This document shows, piece after piece, positions 34,387-40,321 of a stretch of DNA of 40,321 bases. This DNA is from an uncultured Chthoniobacterales bacterium. Its GTDB lineage: Bacteria > Verrucomicrobiota > Verrucomicrobiia > Chthoniobacterales > CAKUMP01. The number at the start of each line of letters is the position of its first letter. The first letter of the stretch is position 1. The notes under the pieces are model-generated. The model was not told the DNA's origin. It did no database searches and worked only from the letters and a program-made list of their open reading frames with translations. The position numbers and the translations under genes are program-made. The stretch lies in NCBI GenBank assembly GCA_934667795.1, contig CAKUMP010000002.1, positions 1 to 40,321 on the forward strand. Reading direction: 5' to 3'.

Positions 34387-37300
34387 ATGATTCCCCTGGT
34401 AAAATTGAAAACGATGTATAAGCAATGGATTGGATGTGGGCGGGCGTTAACGGCTGCAGCAGGGCTGATGGTGATAGCATTTGGTATGCCGACGGAGGCG
34501 TATGGGCAGGCAGCGACGGTGCTGGCACAGGGGCAGGATCAGTTCAATGCGGGTCAATATGAGGAAGCGGCACAGACGTTTGAGAATCTGGTGAAAAACT
34601 ACCAGACTTCTGAACTGCGTCCGCAGGCAGAGATGCAGGCGGGGTATGCGTATTTCCTTGCAGGAGATTATGATAAGGCGATCGGGTTTCTGAAACCCTT
34701 GACCGATCCTAAAGCGATTGCTCCGGAGGCCATTATTGAAATTGCTTATAGTTTATTAGGTCAGGCAACCGCTGCAAAAGCATCCCAGTTGGAAGATGGC
34801 AGCGATGAACAGACGAAATTGTTTGAACAGGCGATCAAGGAATACGATGCGTATTTAAATAAATACCCAAGGAAACCGGAAAATGAACAGGCGTTGTACG
34901 GACGCGCATTTTCGCATTTTCGTTTGAATAATTATGAGGGTGCAATCAAGGATTTGCAGCAGGCGGTACAGGAATTTTCCAAAAGTCGGACGATTTTAAG
35001 CAGTAAATACCTCCTGGGACTGGCGCACATGGCGCAAGCCGGAGCAGAGTTACAGAAGGATAACTCCGCGGCCGCCCTGGAACAATATACAGAAGGCGAA
35101 AAGGTCTTTCAGGAAATTATCACGGATGGCTCAAGCGCGGCATTGGCAAATGATGCGTTGTTTCAGTTAGGAGAAATTTACTTTAATCGTGGGGCATTGG
35201 CAGGAGAAACGGGTGGTGCGGAAGCATTTGCGCAAGCAGTGGAATATTTTCGTGCTGTGAAGGGGAAAGAGGAAATGGTGGCGGTACAGCAGAAACTGGT
35301 GGAAGAAATCCGGGCGTCCAAGCCGGAAGCAATTCGTTCCAGAAATGAGGCGCGTATTCGAGAAGTGCAGCGACAGGACGAACAGGAGTCGGCCAAACTC
35401 GTGGAATTACAGGAAAAAGACGATCAGACGCTGGAAGCGAAGTTGAAAATCGCACAGGTTTTTTATCAGCAAGGGGATTATGATGCGACTCGGGTTCTGG
35501 TTCAGTATCTGAAACCATTTCTCGATGGAGATCTCCAGAAAGAACGCGCGGATTACTTTTTGACGATCAGTTATGCCTTGCAAGGGATGGTGGATCAGGC
35601 GGTGGAGCGGTATGAAGCATTTCAATCTACTTATCAGAATTCAGAAATTGCGGACAATCTCCCGTTCAGCATGGGGAGCATGTATCTGGCACTGGGCCAG
35701 GCAGGAGAAGCGATTCCCTATTTCCAGAAACAAATGGAAATGTATCCGAACTCTCCACTGGCAAGCCTGACCACTGTGCAAATGGCCAGCGCACAGGTCC
35801 AGTTGCAGCAATATGAGGAAGCACTCAAAACATTTCAGGATTATCTGAATGCTAATCCAAATGCGCCAAAAGAGGTGCGCGCTCAGGCAGAATTCGGAAT
35901 TTCAGAAATTTATCGTAATACCGCAAAATGGGATGAAGCTATCGCGCAATACAAAAAAATACGCTCCGACTTCGCAGACCAGGCAGATCAGGTCAAATAT
36001 TCCGATTTCTGGATCGGGTATGCCTACATGCAGAAAGCAGATTTAGCCAATGGAAAAAAGGAACTGGCCGCATTTGTCCAGAAAGTTCCGGATGATAAAG
36101 AATTAACTCCAATGGCAATGTTCTGGTTAGCTCAGACAGAAGCCGCTTTGGGAGAAACAGAGGCCGCATTAAATCGCTATGCGGAACTGTCAGAAAAATT
36201 TCCGGAAACGGAAGTCGCTTCCTATGCATTCTTCCGACGCGCGGACATCTATGGCGCAGCACAAAATTACGACCAGATGGTGGCAGTTTTACAAGAATTT
36301 GCGGAAAAATATCCTGAAGATCCGAACCTGTTTGCGTCATACGATTTGATGTTCCAGACGTATCAAGGGACAGAGCGGTATGATGAAGCGATTGCTGCGC
36401 TGAATAGTTTTGTCGAAAAACATGGGGAGAATCCAAATGCAGCAAAAGCCTTGTTGCAGATCAGTAATGCGGAGCGGGATCAGGCCAATCGGATTGGCCG
36501 GTATGTCGTTTTGGATGAAGAACAGCGGGCAGCCTGGCAGAAACACGTGGATGCCAGTCTGGCAAGTGCGGAAACGGTATTGGAAAAATTCCCGGAAAGC
36601 GAAGAAGTCGCGCTGGTCTTGCAGTCCTTGTTGCTGACTCAGCGTTTACAAGTCGTTTCTGCCTTAAAATCCGCAGAACAGGTGGAACAGTATTTTGCTG
36701 CATTGGCAGAAAAATATGCGGATAAACCCACGGCACAAAGCAAGATCTTGTTTACGCAGGCAGCGTATATTTATGACGGCCAGCCGGAAAAAGCGATTGA
36801 AGTAATGACTGCGGCATATAATCCGGAGTTACGCTTTGCGCCGGAGGATCTGGATTTGTTTGGGAATGCCTTAATTGCGAGCAATCAATTGGATAAAGCG
36901 GCGGAAGTTTATCAGAAAATTGCGACGGACTTTCCGAATCCGCCGGGACTGGAATACAACATGGCGCCATTGGATATCCAGCAGGCGCAGTCGATTGCGT
37001 TATTTGGGCAGGGGAAAATTGCGCAGGTGAGGGGAGATTCGCAGGTTGCGACGGAGACGTTTGAGAAATTGCAGCAAATGTACCCTTGGTCGCCGAAGAT
37101 CATGGAAGCGATTTACGGGATAGCGGAAGGGGATGCGAAAAACGGGAAATTTGATGAAGCGCTTGCCGGGGTGGTGAAAGTGATTCAATCGCGGAATGCG
37201 GATGTGGGGATTCGTGGGAAAGCGATGCTGCTTGGAGGAGAGATCCGTGAGAAGCAGAATGATTTACCGGGAGCGGCAGATTATTATGTGAAAATTGCTT

Positions 37301-37521
37301 TATTGTATGCGGAAGCAGAAAAAGAAGCAATGGAAGGACTGTGGAAAGGTGCTCAGATTTACGAAAAATTGTCGGCAGGCGAAACGGATCCAACGAAGAA
37401 GTCAGATTACCGGAAACGGGCACAGGCTGCTTATAATACGTTAGCATCGCGTTACCCTGCATCCCCCCATGCGGAGGAAGCAAAAAGTAAGGCTGCCAGC
37501 CTGGCGCCAGCCGCTGGGTAG
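34387..37521 (+). CDS. secreted tetratricopeptide-repeat (TPR) protein
   Basis: The 1044-aa product has a signal peptide ending ...PTEAYGQ. After that it consists of repeated 34-aa TPR-like units (A..Y..A......G.Y..A...F) along the whole length. Confidence 0.8.
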   Translation: MIPLVKLKTMYKQWIGCGRALTAAAGLMVIAFGMPTEAYGQAATVLAQGQDQFNAGQYEEAAQTFENLVKNYQTSELRPQAEMQAGYAYFLAGDYDKAIGFLKPLTDPKAIAPEAIIEIAYSLLGQATAAKASQLEDGSDEQTKLFEQAIKEYDAYLNKYPRKPENEQALYGRAFSHFRLNNYEGAIKDLQQAVQEFSKSRTILSSKYLLGLAHMAQAGAELQKDNSAAALEQYTEGEKVFQEIITDGSSAALANDALFQLGEIYFNRGALAGETGGAEAFAQAVEYFRAVKGKEEMVAVQQKLVEEIRASKPEAIRSRNEARIREVQRQDEQESAKLVELQEKDDQTLEAKLKIAQVFYQQGDYDATRVLVQYLKPFLDGDLQKERADYFLTISYALQGMVDQAVERYEAFQSTYQNSEIADNLPFSMGSMYLALGQAGEAIPYFQKQMEMYPNSPLASLTTVQMASAQVQLQQYEEALKTFQDYLNANPNAPKEVRAQAEFGISEIYRNTAKWDEAIAQYKKIRSDFADQADQVKYSDFWIGYAYMQKADLANGKKELAAFVQKVPDDKELTPMAMFWLAQTEAALGETEAALNRYAELSEKFPETEVASYAFFRRADIYGAAQNYDQMVAVLQEFAEKYPEDPNLFASYDLMFQTYQGTERYDEAIAALNSFVEKHGENPNAAKALLQISNAERDQANRIGRYVVLDEEQRAAWQKHVDASLASAETVLEKFPESEEVALVLQSLLLTQRLQVVSALKSAEQVEQYFAALAEKYADKPTAQSKILFTQAAYIYDGQPEKAIEVMTAAYNPELRFAPEDLDLFGNALIASNQLDKAAEVYQKIATDFPNPPGLEYNMAPLDIQQAQSIALFGQGKIAQVRGDSQVATETFEKLQQMYPWSPKIMEAIYGIAEGDAKNGKFDEALAGVVKVIQSRNADVGIRGKAMLLGGEIREKQNDLPGAADYYVKIALLYAEAEKEAMEGLWKGAQIYEKLSAGETDPTKKSDYRKRAQAAYNTLASRYPASPHAEEAKSKAASLAPAAG

Positions 37522-37530
37522 GGCGCAGGT

Positions 37531-38220
37531 ATGAGAAAAAAGGAGAAAACTCTCCATATTATTCGAGTCCTGAAGGATACGTATCCGGATGCACATTGCG
37601 AACTGGATTTCGAAAATCCATTAGAGTTATTGATCGCAACGATATTGTCTGCCCAATGCACGGATGCCAGGGTCAATATGGTGACCAAAAAACTGTTCCA
37701 GCGGTTTCGATCTGCAAAAGAATATGCGGAAAGTACGCAGGAGGAGATGGAAGAACTGGTGCACTCGACCGGGTTTTACCGGAATAAGGCGAAAAATATC
37801 CGGGCGATGGCACAGGAACTCGTGGATAAGTACGGGGGAGAAGTGCCACGGAGTATGGAAGAATTAAATGCGTTGCCGGGCGTGGGGCGAAAGACCGCCA
37901 ATGTGGTTTTGGGGAATGCTTTTGATATCCATGTCGGCGTGGTTGTAGATACCCATGTGATGCGTCTGGCGACACGATTCGGGATCACAAAAGTCGAAGG
38001 GGCAGAGAAAATTGAAAAGGATTTGATGAAACTGGTCCCCCGACAGGAGTGGACATTATTCAGCCATCTTTTGATCTGGCATGGGCGTCGACGTTGTACT
38101 GCCAGAAAGCCGGATTGCGGACAATGCGAAATTTATGCTTATTGTGCACGCGTGGGAGTACGGGAGCAGCGCGGAAGGGAACGGGACAATAGGACAGGGG
38201 AAGAAATTTTTAAAAAATAA
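37531..38220 (+). CDS. nth: endonuclease III (DNA glycosylase/AP lyase)
   Basis: It carries LELLIATILSAQCTDARVN, the HhH motif LNALPGVGRKTANVVL, and the 4Fe-4S motif CTARKPDCGQCEIYAYC. Confidence 0.93.
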   Translation: MRKKEKTLHIIRVLKDTYPDAHCELDFENPLELLIATILSAQCTDARVNMVTKKLFQRFRSAKEYAESTQEEMEELVHSTGFYRNKAKNIRAMAQELVDKYGGEVPRSMEELNALPGVGRKTANVVLGNAFDIHVGVVVDTHVMRLATRFGITKVEGAEKIEKDLMKLVPRQEWTLFSHLLIWHGRRRCTARKPDCGQCEIYAYCARVGVREQRGRERDNRTGEEIFKK

Positions 38221-38236
38221 CTGTGGAGAAAAACAG

Positions 38237-39628
38237 ATGAGTGAATGGATTCAAAAACTGAAACAAAAGTTAGAAGCATTCGGGGAGGGAAGGGTTTCGG
38301 ATCGGGAAGAAGATTTGCTGGCAAATAGTGGGGATAAATGGTTTGCAACCGGACGTCCGGAGGTAGTGGTTTATCCGGAAAGCACGGAGGAGGTGGTGCA
38401 GGTCATGAAATTTTCCAAAGAACATGACGTGGTGGTGACGACACGGGGTGCGGGAGTGGGGTATGTGGGTGGGTGTGTACCGGTCAAGGGCGGGATTGTT
38501 TTATCGATGATACGAATGAAGCGTATTTTGGAAATCAATGTGGAAGATGGGGTGGCGGTGGTGGAGCCGGGCGTGATTACCGGGGATTTACAGGACGCGG
38601 TTCGGGCACTGGGATGGTTTTACCCACCGGATCCGGCGAGCATTCGGGAGTGCAGTATCGGAGGGAATATTGCAACCAATGCAGGCGGCCCGCATTGTTT
38701 GAAATATGGAGTGACCCGTCCCTATGTGCTGGGGCTGGAAGTGGTCCTGGCGGATGGAACGGTGGTGCAGGCAGGTGGACGGACACATAAAAATAAAAGC
38801 GGATTTGATCTGGTCGGGATTTTTGTAGGCTCGGAAGGGATGTTGGGAGTGGTGACAAAAGCCATTTTGCGGATTATTCCTCATCCTCCTACACGCTCGG
38901 CGGTATCGGTTGGTTTTGCCGATATGCGACTGGCGGCTGCGGCTGTCCAGAAAGTTTTTTCCGGTGGATTTCTGCCGTCTGCCCTGGAAATTGCAGATGC
39001 ATTTACTTTACAGGCAGCACGAAACTACTTAGGCGCAGATTCGATCCCGGAAGGAGATGCCCATTTAATTGTCGAAATTGACGGGCACGAGGAAAGTGTG
39101 GCTTCGGAGATCCAGAAGTTAGTCCGGATTGTACAGGACGCGGGTGGGATCAAACCCACGGTGGCACAGGGAGATCAGGCATGTGAGGCATTCTGGAAAA
39201 TGCGTCGGGAGTATAGTTATTCCTTACGGGCGACCGGGTTGATCAAGTTAAATGAGGATATCACGGTCCCGCGGAGTTGTCTGGTGCCGCTCATAGAGCT
39301 TGCGGAAAGATTATATAAGGAATCCGGCCATGCGGTGGCATGTTTTGGACATGCGGGCGATGGGAATATTCATGTCAATATAATGGTAGATGGCTATGAG
39401 GATCCGGAAGTGCGGAAACAGGTAGAAGGGGTGCTGGATCAGTTATTTGAACAGGTGGTGAAATGGGGGGGCGCCATCAGCGGGGAACATGGAATTGGAA
39501 TTGCAAAAAAACGCTGGTGGGCAAAACTCGCCGCTACCGGAGTCGAGGATCTGCATCAACGCCTGAAATGGGCACTCGATCCTGAAGATCGATTAAATCC
39601 CGGGAAATTTATCGAAAAATCAGATTGA
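38237..39628 (+). CDS. FAD-linked oxidase (GlcD / D-lactate dehydrogenase family)
   Basis: The ATG at 38237 is preceded by GGAGA and lies 16 nt after the nth stop. The FAD-binding PCMH domain shows VVTTRGAGVGYVGG, and the C-terminal region shows GGAISGEHGIGIAKK. The track start at 38081 lies inside nth. Confidence 0.88.
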   Translation: MSEWIQKLKQKLEAFGEGRVSDREEDLLANSGDKWFATGRPEVVVYPESTEEVVQVMKFSKEHDVVVTTRGAGVGYVGGCVPVKGGIVLSMIRMKRILEINVEDGVAVVEPGVITGDLQDAVRALGWFYPPDPASIRECSIGGNIATNAGGPHCLKYGVTRPYVLGLEVVLADGTVVQAGGRTHKNKSGFDLVGIFVGSEGMLGVVTKAILRIIPHPPTRSAVSVGFADMRLAAAAVQKVFSGGFLPSALEIADAFTLQAARNYLGADSIPEGDAHLIVEIDGHEESVASEIQKLVRIVQDAGGIKPTVAQGDQACEAFWKMRREYSYSLRATGLIKLNEDITVPRSCLVPLIELAERLYKESGHAVACFGHAGDGNIHVNIMVDGYEDPEVRKQVEGVLDQLFEQVVKWGGAISGEHGIGIAKKRWWAKLAATGVEDLHQRLKWALDPEDRLNPGKFIEKSD

Positions 39629-39665
39629 GTTGCCAAAAACTCAGGAAAAATGATAGAATAAAAAA

Positions 39666-40034
39666 ATGGGGACATTGCACAGGGATGAGCGTATCGACAG
39701 CTTACCCAGACAATTCAAAATTATTGGATTTTCCATATCGGAATATGATTCGGAATTAATTAATTTAATTGCGGACCAATTGAGGCATCGTGGCATTCGC
39801 GCAAACCGGGCAGAAGTTCTGAAACTGGCATTACGCTCGTTTGATGTCGATCAGGAGGGACTGGAAGAGTTGTATCAGGAACTGCGCAGTGAAAAACGTC
39901 AAAGCGTGAAAAAACAAAAACCCGGGAAGGCAAAGACAGAAGTTTCCTCGTCTGTTGTGGAAGATGAAGCCCCTGAAGAAGCTTTCGAAGAAACCGCTCC
40001 CGCCTTCGAAGCTCCCGGCCCCGGCGCAGATTAA
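39666..40034 (+). CDS. hypothetical small protein, possibly ribbon-helix-helix-like, with a basic-then-acidic disordered tail
   Basis: This is a 122-aa ATG-start ORF. FKIIGFSISEYDSELINLIADQLRHRGIRANRAEVLKLALRSF fits a strand-helix-helix pattern. I recognise no family. Confidence 0.45.
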   Translation: MGTLHRDERIDSLPRQFKIIGFSISEYDSELINLIADQLRHRGIRANRAEVLKLALRSFDVDQEGLEELYQELRSEKRQSVKKQKPGKAKTEVSSSVVEDEAPEEAFEETAPAFEAPGPGAD

Positions 40035-40066
40035 TTTGATGGAAGCGCATGGGCGTACCGACCCCT

Positions 40067-40130
40067 GGGAGCGCCAACATCCCCGTCGGCAGACCCATTT
40101 GCTGGGAACGCCGATGTCCTCATCGGCAAG
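40067..40130 (-). repeat. two reverse-oriented copies of the 26-nt CTGCCGAYGRGGAYRTYGGCG hairpin repeat
   Basis: rc(40067-40092) is CTGCCGACGGGGATGTTGGCGCTCCC. rc(40104-40130) is CTTGCCGATGAGGACATCGGCGTTCCC. Both are the same family as 28675-28753. Confidence 0.7.
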
Positions 40131-40321
40131 GTGGTTTTCCTATGTCTTGCGACCACGCGTTTATCGATTTGTCCTTAATCGGATCTACAGACCATTTTTA
40201 ACGATCCCTCTGTGAATCTAAACTGCCGTAGCTCGGCACAAGTCGTCCTAATAAACGTAGTTCATTCAAACAAACATGATTAGAAAGGGTTAAGTTTAAG
40301 TACCCCCCAATTACGGGGGAT

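Noticed and set aside
38081-38236. An upstream extension of the glcD-like ORF. The upstream extension of the GT2 ORF (18588-18650) is the same kind of case.
   Set aside because: Both extensions lie inside the preceding genes (nth and GT4). The internal ATGs at 38237 (with GGAGA) and 18651 (ATGA coupling) are far better starts.
1-40321. A search by eye for tRNA, rRNA, tmRNA or riboswitch-like conserved cores in the intergenic regions.
   Set aside because: No tRNA-like T-loop (GGTTCGAATCC) or acceptor pattern and no known riboswitch core was seen in any intergenic stretch over 100 nt. Without a covariance-model scan this is only weak negative evidence.

Overview
This is a 40.3-kb, densely coding, mid-GC bacterial chromosomal window with about 31 credible protein genes. 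I saw no rRNA, no tRNA and no complete CRISPR array. The PEP-CTERM lectin-like protein, the Verrucomicrobia-style prepilin-type methylation-domain protein, DUF2339 and the dispersed GC-hairpin intergenic repeats suggest a PVC-superphylum (Verrucomicrobiota-like) genome; this is inference only. Gene order, left to right: (1) a 5'-truncated M14-like peptidase; (2) an AT-rich AbiEi/AbiEii type IV toxin-antitoxin / abortive-infection pair; (3) a LacI-controlled minus-strand operon encoding a PEP-CTERM lectin-like protein, a 76-aa mini-protein, a 950-aa CBM+GH42-like hydrolase and a 423-aa alpha/alpha-toroid-like protein; (4) DUF417; (5) PepF; (6) an RND permease plus adaptor, with no outer-membrane factor; (7) a YbgC-type thioesterase; (8) overlapping GT4 and GT2 glycosyltransferases; (9) an orphan Hpt; (10) Nnr; (11) an operon of MRJP-like propeller, DUF2339 and a secreted protein; (12) an APC permease; (13) a ~570-nt repeat mosaic; (14) a pseudopilin-like gene downstream of glgB-HK-RR; (15) TPR protein, nth, a glcD-like gene and a small RHH-like protein; (16) an AT-rich tail ending in a truncated GC hairpin. 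I do not see an unambiguous large novel multi-gene system. The best leads for undescribed biology are: (a) a family of MITE-like elements and hairpin repeats with compensatory substitutions, one of which sits inside a 230-nt insert flanked by 30-nt direct repeats that rewrote the 3' end of the Hpt gene; (b) the two-component system plus pseudopilin module, with an 11-bp-phased direct repeat in front of a good promoter; (c) the LacI-controlled operon led by a PEP-CTERM lectin; (d) the MRJP-DUF2339-secreted protein operon with a 9-nt in-frame VNTR; (e) a possible CRISPR leader and first repeat cut off by the window end. All identities and spacings quoted were counted by hand from the sequence. 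No database search was run.
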